64,000 nt of DNA, taken from an uncultured bacterium. Its GTDB lineage: Bacteria; Patescibacteriota; Minisyncoccia; Phycocordibacterales; UBA11359. The notes below the pieces were generated by a model. The model saw only the letters and a program-made list of their open reading frames with translations, ran no database searches and was not told where the DNA came from. Below, piece after piece: positions 37,809-47,447 of this stretch. The DNA is taken from contig CAIKZC010000009.1 of NCBI GenBank assembly GCA_903831815.1, forward strand, positions 5,576-69,575, in the 5' to 3' direction. Both the position numbers and the translations under genes were made by a program. Position 1 is the first letter of the stretch, and each line of letters opens with the position of its first letter.

Positions 37809-39716
37809 TTACTTAGTTTCCGCGTCGCGAACATTACCTTCCGGGCCTTTTTCGTCTTTTTTATCGCCTGATGCTTGAGAACCGCCCGCTCCCTGTGCAC
37901 CCGCACTTGCTTGTTGTGCTTTGTTCATTGCTTCGCCGATTTTTTGCATTTCAGATGACAATTCTTCGGTCGCTTTTTTGATAGCCGCGAGATCTTGTCC
38001 GTCTTTTACTCCACGAAGTGCGGTAACTTTTCCTTCAACGCTAGATTTTACTTCAGTCGTAATTTTATCTCCCGCATCCTTGATTGATTTCTCAGCAGTA
38101 TAGATAAGTTGCTCAGCCAAGTTTTTAGCTTCCACAACTTCCCTCTTCACTTTATCCTCGGCTTCGTGCGCCGCCGCTTCTTTTTGCATCTTTGCAATAT
38201 CATCTTTTGAAAGTCCTGAGCTTCCCTGAATTGTGATCGATTGTTCCTTGCCGGACGCTTTTTCTTTGGCTTTCACGTTCAAGATTCCGTTAGCATCAAC
38301 GTCAAAAGTTACTTCAACTTGTGGCATACCACGAGGTGCTGGTGGAATACCATCCAAAATAAATTTACCGAGTGACTTGTTGTCAGCCGCCATAGCACGC
38401 TCTCCTTGAGTCACATGCACTTCAACACTAGTCTGATTGTCGGCCGCGGTTGAGAAAATTTGTGAACGCGAAGTCGGAACAGTCGTATTTTTGTCGATCA
38501 ACTTTGTGGCTACACCTCCCATCGTTTCAATACCGAGTGAAAGTGGAATAACATCGAGCAATAGAATATCTTTGACATCACCTGAAATAACTCCACCTTG
38601 AATGGCGGCACCAATTGCCACAACTTCGTCCGGATTCACGCTGACGTTTGGCTCTTTGCCGAAAAACTTTTTGACTGCTTCAATAATCGCCGGCATACGA
38701 GTCTGTCCACCAACCAAAACAACCTCTTGAATTTCCGCCAACTTGAAAGGTGAAGCTTCCATCGCTCGCTTAGTAATTTCCATCGAACGAGTGATAAATT
38801 CCTGACACAATTCTTCGAGTTTGGCGCGAGTCATGGTGAGTAGTAAGTGTTGAGGACCGGCCGAAGTAGAGGTGATGAAAGGAATATTGACTTCCGTTTG
38901 CATGGCTGTTGAAAGTTCAATCTTGGCTTTTTCGGCCGCCTCGTCCAGTCGTTGTAACGCTAATGCATCGGAACGAACATCTACGCCGGAACTTTTCTTA
39001 AATTCATCCGCAAGCCATCCGATAACCTTCTGATCAATATCGCGACCACCAAGGTGTGAGTCACCATCAGTTGATTTCACTTCCACGACATCATCTCCAA
39101 CTTCCAAAACGGAAATATCAAAAGTTCCGCCTCCAAAGTCGTAGACAACTATTTTTTCATTTTTATTTTTATTAAATCCGTATGCGAGAGCGGCCGCAGT
39201 TGGTTCATTAATGATACGTTTTACATCCAAGCCCGCAATTTTGCCAGCATCTTTTGTGGCTTGTCGTTGAGCGTCGTTGAAATAGGCCGGAACAGTAATA
39301 ACCGCTTCAGTCACCTTCTCTCCAAGACGGGCCTCAGCATCATTTTTCAACTTCGTCAAAATCATAGCCGAAATTTCCTCCGGTCGCATCCAAGTGCCAG
39401 CCAAATTTACTTCAATACCACCGTTTGTTGATTTGCGAGTTTCATAAGCCAAAGTTTTGATATCTTTTTGAGCTGCTGGATCATCAAAATTGTGTCCAAT
39501 AAATCGCTTGATCTGATAAATAGTATTTTTTGGATTAGTAACCGCTTGTCGTTTAGCGAGCTGACCCACCATTCTGTCTCCAGTTTTTGATTGAGCCACA
39601 ATAGACGGCGTGGTGCGTGCTCCCTCAGCATTTTCAATAATACGAGGATTGCCACTTTCCATGACCGCTACGGCCGAATTTGTTGTTCCTAAGTCTATAC
39701 CAATGATTTTTCCCAT
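37809..39716 (-). CDS. dnaK: Chaperone DnaK (Hsp70)
   Basis: [25 protein letters not shown]. Confidence 0.98.
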   Translation of the reverse strand: MGKIIGIDLGTTNSAVAVMESGNPRIIENAEGARTTPSIVAQSKTGDRMVGQLAKRQAVTNPKNTIYQIKRFIGHNFDDPAAQKDIKTLAYETRKSTNGGIEVNLAGTWMRPEEISAMILTKLKNDAEARLGEKVTEAVITVPAYFNDAQRQATKDAGKIAGLDVKRIINEPTAAALAYGFNKNKNEKIVVYDFGGGTFDISVLEVGDDVVEVKSTDGDSHLGGRDIDQKVIGWLADEFKKSSGVDVRSDALALQRLDEAAEKAKIELSTAMQTEVNIPFITSTSAGPQHLLLTMTRAKLEELCQEFITRSMEITKRAMEASPFKLAEIQEVVLVGGQTRMPAIIEAVKKFFGKEPNVSVNPDEVVAIGAAIQGGVISGDVKDILLLDVIPLSLGIETMGGVATKLIDKNTTVPTSRSQIFSTAADNQTSVEVHVTQGERAMAADNKSLGKFILDGIPPAPRGMPQVEVTFDVDANGILNVKAKEKASGKEQSITIQGSSGLSKDDIAKMQKEAAAHEAEDKVKREVVEAKNLAEQLIYTAEKSIKDAGDKITTEVKSSVEGKVTALRGVKDGQDLAAIKKATEELSSEMQKIGEAMNKAQQASAGAQGAGGSQASGDKKDEKGPEGNVRDAETK

Positions 39717-39804
39717 ATTTTTTAAAATTATTTAATTATTTAATTTGTAGAATCTCATTATAATCAACCCACCAAAAAATTCAATGTCTACAATTTTAGT
39801 CAAT

Positions 39805-40461
39805 TTAGGCTTTTAATTCACCAACTTTAACCTTTGGAGCACGCACAACTTTACCGTTAAGTTCATAACCTTTCTGAACAACTTCCACAATCATGCCATC
39901 TTGAGCCTTATCAGTCACCGCCACACCTTCAATTGAAATGTGATGATTCGGATCAAATTTTTGACCAACCGGATTTAACGCCTTGAGATCAAATTTATCC
40001 AAAACAGAAACAAGTTGTGAGTAAATATACTCAACACCAATGCGCCAATTTTTATCGACTTTTTCCCACACCTCTTTATTGACGAAGGCCATTTCAAAAC
40101 TATCGAGCACCACCAAAATTTCGCCGATCAAATCCTGATTAGCGTATTTTATAAATTCTTTTTTGTCTTCGTTGTCACGTTTGCGGGCATTAATGAGGTC
40201 CGCTTTAGCCCTCTGCCAACCCGCCAAATATTCCATCCGCTCCGCTTCCGCCTTTTTCAATTTCTCGCGTAATTGTTTAAGTTTAGCAACCGGATTGGTC
40301 ACATTTCCTTCTCCATCCTCGTCTTCAAAAGTGACGTCATCTGTCGCAGCATCTACAGACACATCAACCGGTTCGGTCGCATCAATAGGCATATTGTTTT
40401 CGGAATCTGATTGTAAATCGGCATTATTTTCCCCGTCTTTTTTATTTATTTCATCTGTCAT
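39805..40461 (-). CDS. grpE: Nucleotide exchange factor GrpE
   Basis: QRAKAD-x-x-N, FDPN-x-H, QKGY-x-L-x-x-KVVR; directly upstream of dnaK. Confidence 0.93.
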   Translation of the reverse strand: MTDEINKKDGENNADLQSDSENNMPIDATEPVDVSVDAATDDVTFEDEDGEGNVTNPVAKLKQLREKLKKAEAERMEYLAGWQRAKADLINARKRDNEDKKEFIKYANQDLIGEILVVLDSFEMAFVNKEVWEKVDKNWRIGVEYIYSQLVSVLDKFDLKALNPVGQKFDPNHHISIEGVAVTDKAQDGMIVEVVQKGYELNGKVVRAPKVKVGELKA

Positions 40462-40566
40462 ATGCTCCTATTTTAACGATTTTTATGGATAACGCAAGAT
40501 TTTGACAATAAAAAAAGAGCATGGTTCGCATGCTCTAAGATTTGGCTGTAGCCAAACAACGAAGGA

Positions 40567-40878
40567 CTATTGCCCCTCGACCCAAGACAACACCGAGAGT
40601 GCTTCGTGGATTCTCCCGTCTTTATACGCTTTCATCAGACCTTCGACAAACTCCTCTTCCGCATCACTTCCCTTCACAGCGGTGGTCATCATACCAAGAG
40701 GTATTTTGTACCTGTCGGTAAGCGCGATAAAAACGAAAACGGCAACCTGCTTGATGTTAGACTTGGTGAAGTCCGAAGCCTTAGCACCAAAATCCACAAA
40801 GGCTTTCTTCGCATCAGGAAGAACTCGTTCGATCTCCCGTCGAAGCCTTTCTGCTGACAGAGTACCCATGTGTTCCAA
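40567..40878 (-). CDS. Orphan hypothetical protein
   Basis: 103-aa helical ORF downstream of the 41447 orphan; terminator near 40510-40537. Confidence 0.5.
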   Translation of the reverse strand: MEHMGTLSAERLRREIERVLPDAKKAFVDFGAKASDFTKSNIKQVAVFVFIALTDRYKIPLGMMTTAVKGSDAEEEFVEGLMKAYKDGRIHEALSVLSWVEGQ

Positions 40879-40913
40879 CCTTTCTGGTTAGGCGCCAAGT
40901 TGGTTCACAAAGT

Positions 40914-41447
40914 TCAAGCCCTGCACCAACGCAACGAACGCTGGCGCATATAGATTTCCCGGGCTTGCTTTTCCTGTTCCGAATTGCCTGGATAAAGACT
41001 CTTGGCCAGGGAACTAAACCAATCAGGATGTTCACCGGTCCAGATCGAAGTCCGGAATCGAGCGTAAAGCGGAAGCATGACTCGTTCACACATGCGTTCG
41101 ACAAGACGATTCCTTTCCTCCCTACCGATACAATCGAAATTGAGGCTTCTTTGAATTGTCTCAATCCATGCGCCGAGGACGGGTCCGAGGCTAGTACAAT
41201 CCTTCCAAAGATTTTGCTCCGGTATCGATTTTGACCGTTCAACTTCTAGTGCCAAACCATCTATACCGAATCTGACGATGGCGACGAAGGCCAAACTGAT
41301 TGCACTGCCGACACAACTCGTTCCGATGAACTGAGTAATAAAGTTGAGGGCAGCCATCCAATCTCGGTACGAGAGGATCTCCTCTTGATGGACTTCTGAG
41401 GCCGAAGACGGAGACTCCACCTGGGACTTATCGTTTGTCTGTGACAT
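40914..41447 (-). CDS. Orphan hypothetical protein (possible TM)
   Basis: AAGGAG SD; promoter TTGCTA-17-TAGTAT near 41536-41564. Confidence 0.55.
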   Translation of the reverse strand: MSQTNDKSQVESPSSASEVHQEEILSYRDWMAALNFITQFIGTSCVGSAISLAFVAIVRFGIDGLALEVERSKSIPEQNLWKDCTSLGPVLGAWIETIQRSLNFDCIGREERNRLVERMCERVMLPLYARFRTSIWTGEHPDWFSSLAKSLYPGNSEQEKQAREIYMRQRSLRWCRA

Positions 41448-41607
41448 AGGACACTCCTTGTTTGTATTCGCCTTCACAAAACACTGTCAAAACTGCCAGA
41501 AACAAGCGTTTCTGTCGCAGTTACATCCAAAAAAATACTACAACTTTTTAGTAAGTTTAGCAAATATAAACACTTGACTCTAAAATTTCATTTGTTAGCA
41601 TATAGGT

Positions 41608-41692
41608 ACAAATGCCTTCGGGCCGTCCCTCAACGAAAGTTGAGGAGAACAAAGAAAAGCCGTCAGATTAAGTTTCTGAGGGCTTTTCTTAT
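41608..41692 (+). ncRNA. Putative small RNA antisense to the 3' end of the PemK/MazF toxin gene
   Basis: Promoter TTGACT-16-TAGCAT with extended -10 TG (41574-41601); hairpins GCC-UUCG-GGC and CCUCAAC-GAAA-GUUGAGG; terminator-like hairpin at 41652-41690 overlapping the toxin stop. Confidence 0.5.
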
Positions 41693-42049
41693 CTCCTTAA
41701 ATTTCTTTTGATCAAGAATAGCAAGTCTGTCATGTAAACGTTTTGTGTCTATTAATCTAATCTGAGACAAGATAGCGAAAGCTTCCCTGTTATCAATAAC
41801 GCCTACACTAACGTGATATGGATTTTCTTTTTTGGAAGTTGTTAAAGGTACGATTAAACAAACATTAAGACTAAATCCTTTGATAACAAGCACCGGACGT
41901 CGATACTTTTCACTTGTTCCATCTTCTTCAAATCCAATGTTAATGCCGAGAGAACACCAACGAATATCTCGAGCGCGATAAAAATTTGGCTGTTTCGTGT
42001 TTAGTTCTTTTTTCTTTATATTCCATGAATCAAAGTCTTTTTGCATCAT
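41663..42049 (-). CDS. PemK/MazF-family toxin endoribonuclease (no protein antitoxin adjacent)
   Basis: WCSLG-x-NIG-x-E-x-DG, RPVLV, VPLTT, LSQIRLID-x-KRL. Confidence 0.85.
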   Translation of the reverse strand: MMQKDFDSWNIKKKELNTKQPNFYRARDIRWCSLGINIGFEEDGTSEKYRRPVLVIKGFSLNVCLIVPLTTSKKENPYHVSVGVIDNREAFAILSQIRLIDTKRLHDRLAILDQKKFKEIRKALRNLI

Positions 42050-42123
42050 TCAAACATAGCAAAACGGAGATAAAATATTTCTAAAAAAGTTCTAAAGAAA
42101 TTATGAAGAAATTCTAAAATTTT

Positions 42124-43119
42124 TTATTGCAACAAACCTTTGTTTTCGGCTAGATATTTTTGCATATTCTGTATGACGCCTAAACTTTTAGTTTTGTGTT
42201 TATAGGGTAATTTCATGCAACAATTTAGTAAGACAGAAGCATGAAGAACTTTTTTGTCATGAGGAGTATCGCCAAAATAACCTTTGATAAGCCTGGGCAG
42301 TGCTTCATCAAGACCACCGGCAGATATATGATTCATTAAACTACGACCAAGATCTATATACCCATTATTAAATCTTGGATTTGGATCAAAAACAGTCATC
42401 GGATGAGTGGCGAAAATATTTGAGCCACCAAAATCATCGTGACAGTAGCTACTTTTTCCATCATCACCAACAAAGTCAACAAGAATTTTAATCGCTTCAT
42501 CTATCGAACCGTGCTTATCATCATTTAGAAGATTGTTTTCTTTAACGTATTTAATTCTGGTTTGCATATCAGAACTAAATATCCAATCTCGAAATTTTGA
42601 ATATTCAGCCTTGCTTTCAATAACTCTACCGTAACCTTTTGCCGGAGCAGCATGCATAGTATGTAAAGTTTGCCCCATTTCTTCATAAATATTCTTTTCA
42701 AGGCGTTCATCGTGACTGTAAGCATCAGCCAACACCGGAGCGTCCACATATCCCATTAAAGTGTAAGATCGCTCACCTAGAACACCGGCTTCAAATACAT
42801 GAGGTACTTTTACACCGGCCTGCTCCCAAACTCCCAAAAATTGTGCCTCACCCTCGGCAAAACCATTACTTAAAGGTATTTTCAAGACCATTTTTTCTGC
42901 AGGAGTTTCTATAATCGCAATTAACGACGAAACACCTTTTTCCGCAAAAGTAACACCGACTTCTCTACCTTTAAATCTATCGTTTGCAGAAATAAAATCT
43001 CTAATTAATGGGACCAGAGCCAGTCGCCTTTCATTAAAATTTCTATCCACTTCATGTTCAGAAAGTTTTGGCTCATTATGAAAAGTAATATTTGTTATGA
43101 CTGTTTCTGGTGACTTCAT
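42124..43119 (-). CDS. Aminoglycoside phosphotransferase / kinase-like protein
   Basis: VLKIP, VPHV, CHDDFGGSNI (Brenner-like motif), VFDP. Confidence 0.8.
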   Translation of the reverse strand: MKSPETVITNITFHNEPKLSEHEVDRNFNERRLALVPLIRDFISANDRFKGREVGVTFAEKGVSSLIAIIETPAEKMVLKIPLSNGFAEGEAQFLGVWEQAGVKVPHVFEAGVLGERSYTLMGYVDAPVLADAYSHDERLEKNIYEEMGQTLHTMHAAPAKGYGRVIESKAEYSKFRDWIFSSDMQTRIKYVKENNLLNDDKHGSIDEAIKILVDFVGDDGKSSYCHDDFGGSNIFATHPMTVFDPNPRFNNGYIDLGRSLMNHISAGGLDEALPRLIKGYFGDTPHDKKVLHASVLLNCCMKLPYKHKTKSLGVIQNMQKYLAENKGLLQ

Positions 43120-43152
43120 ACATAAAGTATACCAGACATTGTTTTTTATTTT

Positions 43153-43267
43153 TATACGCGAATGAACATACTTTTGAGCTGCCTTGCGCAGCGCGGCTGG
43201 CGCGAGCGGAGCGGACGGCCAGTAGGCCGGAACGCGTGCATGCCAAAAGTATGTTCAGTAGCGTATA
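43153..43267. repeat. Structured palindromic element (long stem enclosing a GC-rich core)
   Basis: TATACGC-gaa-TGAACATACTTTTG ... CAAAAGTATGTTCA-gta-GCGTATA flanking about 67 GC-rich nt. Confidence 0.65.
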
Positions 43268-43311
43268 CACACAAACAAAAACCACCGAGTGGTGGTTTTT
43301 GTTTGTGTGTA
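43266..43311 (-). terminator. Terminator-like 21-bp perfect inverted repeat after rpsI
   Basis: TACACACAAACAAAAACCACC-gagt-GGTGGTTTTTGTTTGTGTGTA. Confidence 0.75.
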
Positions 43312-43313
43312 AA

Positions 43314-43724
43314 CTATCGTTTTGACCACTGTGGAGCCTTGCGGGCTTTCTTCAAACCGAACTTTCGTCTTTCTTTTGCTCGTGGATCACGTTTCAAAAA
43401 TCCAACTTTCTTTAAAACCCCTCGAAGTAACACATCATCAATTATCAACGCTCGTGAAATACCGAGTCGTACAGCTTCAGCTTGTCCGTTGATTCCACCA
43501 CCATTGACTTTCACTGTAATTTTAAATTTGCCAGGAGTTTTGGAAACGGCGAGAGCCTCAACTGCAATTTTTCGTAAATTATCCGTTTTAAAATATTCGT
43601 TTACATCTTTGTCATTAACAGTAATAGAATTTTTAGGTGCTTCAGAAATACGTACGCGAGCGCTACTTGTCTTGCGGCGTCCAACTGTTTCGATATATTC
43701 TTTTTTGACTGTTTTTTGTTCCAT
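43314..43724 (-). CDS. rpsI: 30S ribosomal protein S9
   Basis: [14 protein letters not shown]-x-KERRKFGL, PQWSKR. Confidence 0.97.
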   Translation of the reverse strand: MEQKTVKKEYIETVGRRKTSSARVRISEAPKNSITVNDKDVNEYFKTDNLRKIAVEALAVSKTPGKFKITVKVNGGGINGQAEAVRLGISRALIIDDVLLRGVLKKVGFLKRDPRAKERRKFGLKKARKAPQWSKR

Positions 43725-43742
43725 AATGCTTTCTGTGACGAA

Positions 43743-44087
43743 TTATTCTGATACTTTTAAATTCTTGATCATGATCGAACGCAACTTGTTGCGTGGGAGC
43801 ATACCATAAACAGCTTGCCAAAAAATTTCGCTGTAACCTTTCTTTTCGATCACACGCTTCATGGTTTGTTCTGACAAACCATCAGCAAAACCAGAAAAGT
43901 TCTTGTATTTATATTCCTCTTTCTTGGCATCAGAAATATCAGCCTTGCTAGCATTCAAAATTTCAACAATATTATCACCCGCTACGTTTCTTTCGTAGGT
44001 AGCTGATTCTTTGCCCATAAGTAATTGAGCCGCTTCGCTAGCAACTCGTCCCAATTTTTTTCCTTTTGCGTCGATTGTGTATTTCAT
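43743..44087 (-). CDS. rplM: 50S ribosomal protein L13 (short form)
   Basis: IDA-x-G-x-x-LGRVAS, LMGK, AVYGMLP-x-NKL. Confidence 0.95.
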   Translation of the reverse strand: MKYTIDAKGKKLGRVASEAAQLLMGKESATYERNVAGDNIVEILNASKADISDAKKEEYKYKNFSGFADGLSEQTMKRVIEKKGYSEIFWQAVYGMLPRNKLRSIMIKNLKVSE

Positions 44088-44092
44088 GGTGT

Positions 44093-44443
44093 TTATACAA
44101 ATTCAATAGTAGCCATCGCACTTCCGTCACCTCCGCGGGCTGGTAATTTGGTAATTCTGGTATATCCGCCAGCGCGAGTCTTGTATTTTGGCGCAATCAC
44201 TTCAACAAGCTTCTTGACTGACTTTGGATTGCCGATTCGCGAGGTCAAAAGTCTTCGAGCGGTAACTGTGCCAGGCTTTGCAGTCGTAATTAATTTTTCA
44301 ACATAAGGTCGAATTTCCTTGGCCTTTGGTTCGGTCGTGGTAATTTTACCGGCATTGATAAGGTTAGACGCCAAAGAACGCATCAACGCTCGTCGCTGAT
44401 TACTTTTTAGTCCAAATTTTCGGTTTGCGTTATGGTGTCTCAT
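44093..44443 (-). CDS. rplQ: 50S ribosomal protein L17
   Basis: MRH, ITTTEPKAKE, RAGGYTRI. Confidence 0.97.
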   Translation of the reverse strand: MRHHNANRKFGLKSNQRRALMRSLASNLINAGKITTTEPKAKEIRPYVEKLITTAKPGTVTARRLLTSRIGNPKSVKKLVEVIAPKYKTRAGGYTRITKLPARGGDGSAMATIEFV

Positions 44444-44461
44444 GGTATGTTCCTAATATAA

Positions 44462-45433
44462 TTACTTCAAACTAATGCCGTATCCGCCCAATAATTTCTT
44501 GATTTCTTGAACTCCTTTTCCGCCCAAACCATCAATATCAAGAAGATCTTCTTCTTTCTTGCGAGCGAGACCTCCGATAGTTCGGATGTTAGCGGCAGAG
44601 AGAGCGTTCAAAGTACGAGGTGATAGATCAGCGTCTTCGATACGAGTCTTCAAGAGTTCAGTGTTAGCTTCTTTCTTTTCTTTAACATCTTCGGATTTTT
44701 CGGTCTCTTCAGCTGACTTTTTGGTTTCTACAATAACTTCCTCCTTAAAACCAACAACAGCTTTTAGTTGAGCAATCATAATCATGATGGCTTTCTCAAG
44801 AGCTTCTTTTGGAGTGATGGTTCCATCAGTTTCAATAATCAATCGAAGTTTATTGAAGTCCGTACGATCGCCGACTCGCATGTTTTCAACTTCGTAACTG
44901 GCTTTTCGAATTGGAGTGAAAGTGGCATCGAGAGAAATAGCTCCGATATCTACGCGGTTTTTATGCAACATTTCGCGAGAAAGATATCCAAGACCTTTTT
45001 CAACGCGAATTTCAACATTGAGACTAGCTGACTTGTCGGTAATGGAAGCAATGTGTTGATCTTTGTTAAGAACATTAACTTGTCCGCCGGTTTTGATGTC
45101 TTCAGCAGTAATATCCTTGATTCCTTTAACATTAAATGACATTACTTGTGGTTCCTCTGAAAGCAATTGGAAACGAACTTTCTTCAAATTAAGGAGGATT
45201 GTTATAACATCTTCTTTGACACCTTCGATGGTGGTAAACTCATGACTAACACCATTGATTTTCACTGAGGTAATAGCTGCACCCGGGAGTGACGACAGAA
45301 TGATGCGGCGTAGACTTGATCCAAGGGTGTGGCCATATCCGGGATAGAGCGCGTCTATCTCAAATACACCGCGAACTTCACTTTCGCTAACGATACGTGG
45401 CTTTGAAGGCAAAATTACATTTAGATCAGACAT
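44462..45433 (-). CDS. rpoA: RNA polymerase alpha subunit
   Basis: GYGHTLG-x-SLRRIILSSLPGAA, HEF-x-TI-x-GVKED, alpha-CTD LSPRT-x-NAL. Confidence 0.97.
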   Translation of the reverse strand: MSDLNVILPSKPRIVSESEVRGVFEIDALYPGYGHTLGSSLRRIILSSLPGAAITSVKINGVSHEFTTIEGVKEDVITILLNLKKVRFQLLSEEPQVMSFNVKGIKDITAEDIKTGGQVNVLNKDQHIASITDKSASLNVEIRVEKGLGYLSREMLHKNRVDIGAISLDATFTPIRKASYEVENMRVGDRTDFNKLRLIIETDGTITPKEALEKAIMIMIAQLKAVVGFKEEVIVETKKSAEETEKSEDVKEKKEANTELLKTRIEDADLSPRTLNALSAANIRTIGGLARKKEEDLLDIDGLGGKGVQEIKKLLGGYGISLK

Positions 45434-45454
45434 ACGTTTTTTATAAAAATTAAA

Positions 45455-46066
45455 TTATCTACTATAAAATTCGAGCACTGCTTTTGGGTCAAAAAGCAAA
45501 TCGCCCGCTGTGACTTTTGGTACACCTTGTACTTTGGCCGACCTTTTTTCTAGATCAAAACTCAACCACGCTGGTGTGGTATAGGTTTTATGTCTCTCTT
45601 CTAACGTTTCAAAAAGTTTTGATTTTAAACTATTTACTCGCACACCGATGACATCTCCAACGCTGGCTTGCATTGAAGGCACGGTAACTCGGCGACCGTT
45701 TACGGTAATATGACCATGGGAAACCATTTGTCGAGCAAAGCGGCGTGTGACGGCTAGACCGGTTCGGAAGACAATATTATCTAATCGGTTCTCAAGCGTT
45801 TCGATCAATTTTTCAGATTGATTGACGCCTTTGGTTGCCAGGATGTGTTTTACATATTTGCTGAATTGTCGGTCATTGATACCGTAGGTGTAACGAGCTT
45901 TTTGTTTTTCATCGAGCTGACGACCGAAGTTAGTCTTGGCTTTTGGACGACCCTTGTCGGCTTTTGATTTTCGAGTAAGAGAAAGAACGTACTTTGGGGT
46001 TTGAGTTTTCTCAAATACCGGAGCATTGAGACGTCGAGCAATTTTGTATTTTGGTCCTATTATCAT
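45455..46066 (-). CDS. rpsD: 30S ribosomal protein S4
   Basis: LE-x-RLDNIVFR, [10 protein letters not shown]. Confidence 0.96.
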   Translation of the reverse strand: MIIGPKYKIARRLNAPVFEKTQTPKYVLSLTRKSKADKGRPKAKTNFGRQLDEKQKARYTYGINDRQFSKYVKHILATKGVNQSEKLIETLENRLDNIVFRTGLAVTRRFARQMVSHGHITVNGRRVTVPSMQASVGDVIGVRVNSLKSKLFETLEERHKTYTTPAWLSFDLEKRSAKVQGVPKVTAGDLLFDPKAVLEFYSR

Positions 46067-46101
46067 ATATATGTATAGAAATTATCTTAAGATAGTGTAC
46101 C

Positions 46102-46545
46102 CTACACTCGGCGAGGCTTTTTGGCCTGCGGTCCATTAAATGGTACTGGGGTCATGTCGGTAATAGAAGTAATGTTGATGCCTTTTGAGATAAAACCACG
46201 AATCGCTGATTCTCGGCCTGATCCCACTCCGCAAACAACAACGGCAACTTCTTTAACACCCAATTCCTGTGCTTTTGCACCAAGCGTTTCACCTACCTTA
46301 GCAGCCGCAAAAGGAGTACCTTTCTTAGCGCCTCGAAATCCTAGAGCGCCACTTGAAGACGACATCAAAACATTGCCGGCTCGGTCGCTAACGGAAACCA
46401 AAGTGTTATTGTAAGTCGATTGAACATACAATTTACCTGAATCAACACGCTTTTTAGAAGATTTAATAGGCACCTTAACAGCCTCGGCGGTACCCGCGGT
46501 CTTTGCTTCAGCTTCTCCTTTTGTAATGATTCGTTTCTTTCCCAT
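46102..46545 (-). CDS. rpsK: 30S ribosomal protein S11
   Basis: STYNNT, KKGTPFAA, GSGRESAIR, TPVPFNG. Confidence 0.97.
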   Translation of the reverse strand: MGKKRIITKGEAEAKTAGTAEAVKVPIKSSKKRVDSGKLYVQSTYNNTLVSVSDRAGNVLMSSSSGALGFRGAKKGTPFAAAKVGETLGAKAQELGVKEVAVVVCGVGSGRESAIRGFISKGINITSITDMTPVPFNGPQAKKPRRV

Positions 46546-46548
46546 ATA

Positions 46549-46926
46549 TTATTTCTTTTCTTCTTTCTTACGTCCGGAACCCATAGTCTTCTTCGGTCCT
46601 TTAAGTGTTCTCGCATTCGTCTTGGTTCTTTGTCCGCGAGCCGGAAGTCTCTTGGTGTGTCGACTGCCTCGGTATGATTTGATGTCTTTGAGACGCTTGA
46701 TGTTGTTGGCTACTTCTCGTTTCAAATCTCCTTCAATTTTATATGACTCGATGATGCTGCGAATCTTGTTTTCTTGATCGGGAGTCAAAGTCTTGGCTTT
46801 AATGCCGAAATCAACGCCGGCTTTTTTCAAAATTTCCTGTGAGCGAGCGCGACCAATACCGTAAAGTACCGTGAGGGCCATCTCTAGTCGTTTTTCATCT
46901 GGAATGTTTATACCTAAAATTCTCAT
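46549..46926 (-). CDS. rpsM: 30S ribosomal protein S13
   Basis: LYGIG, YRGSRH-x-x-x-LP-x-RGQRTKTNART. Confidence 0.97.
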   Translation of the reverse strand: MRILGINIPDEKRLEMALTVLYGIGRARSQEILKKAGVDFGIKAKTLTPDQENKIRSIIESYKIEGDLKREVANNIKRLKDIKSYRGSRHTKRLPARGQRTKTNARTLKGPKKTMGSGRKKEEKK

Positions 46927-46948
46927 ACAGTAATATTAAAAATAAAAA

Positions 46949-47065
46949 CTAACCCTGACGCTGCTTGTGACGAGGGTTGGCTTTGCAAATAACATATACG
47001 TAGCCTTTTCTTCGGACTACCTTACACTTTGCGCAGATTTTCTTGATTGATGTTTTAACTCTCAT
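46949..47065 (-). CDS. rpmJ: 50S ribosomal protein L36 (Zn-ribbon form)
   Basis: Below the ORF cutoff; translates to [38 protein letters not shown], between infA and rpsM. Confidence 0.96.
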   Translation of the reverse strand: MRVKTSIKKICAKCKVVRRKGYVYVICKANPRHKQRQG

Positions 47066-47121
47066 ACAAACGAGCACTATAGCATAAGCAGGGTTTCCTG
47101 TCTATGTTTTGTCATAGTTTA

Positions 47122-47355
47122 TTATAATCTCCTAGTAATTCTGCCTCGTCCACCGTAGGGATCGAGTTCTACTTCCACTTTATCACCTATCAAAACCCGG
47201 ATTCGATGCATTCGCATTTTACCGGCCAAATACGCAAGCATTTCCTCTTCTTTTCCATCAAATTTCACTTTAAAAAGTGTGTTTGGTAACGCCTCGGTGA
47301 CGACACCAACGGCGGAAGAGCTTTTTTGTTTATTCTCAGTATTCTGTTCTGACAT
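47122..47355 (-). CDS. infA: Translation initiation factor IF-1
   Basis: [21 protein letters not shown]-x-GDKV. Confidence 0.96.
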   Translation of the reverse strand: MSEQNTENKQKSSSAVGVVTEALPNTLFKVKFDGKEEEMLAYLAGKMRMHRIRVLIGDKVEVELDPYGGRGRITRRL

Positions 47356-47447
47356 TGCTAATTAAATGTGCGTAGGGAGTATTGTAACAAACTCCGCCTT
47401 TTTTGTAAAGGGAAATAAAGGCTTTTTGTAAATATCCGGCAATTCGG

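Noticed and set aside
40461-40560. CIRCE/HrcA operator upstream of grpE-dnaK
   Set aside because: No TTAGCACTC-N9-GAGTGCTAA. The hairpin present (AGAGCATG...CATGCTCT) fits a terminator of the upstream orphan genes.
43162-43809. Long antisense ORFs over conserved genes (e.g. 43162..43809, 24774..25454, 21830..22489, 57722..58378, 28303..28860)
   Set aside because: They overlap better-supported genes on the opposite strand and have no recognisable motifs or start signals.
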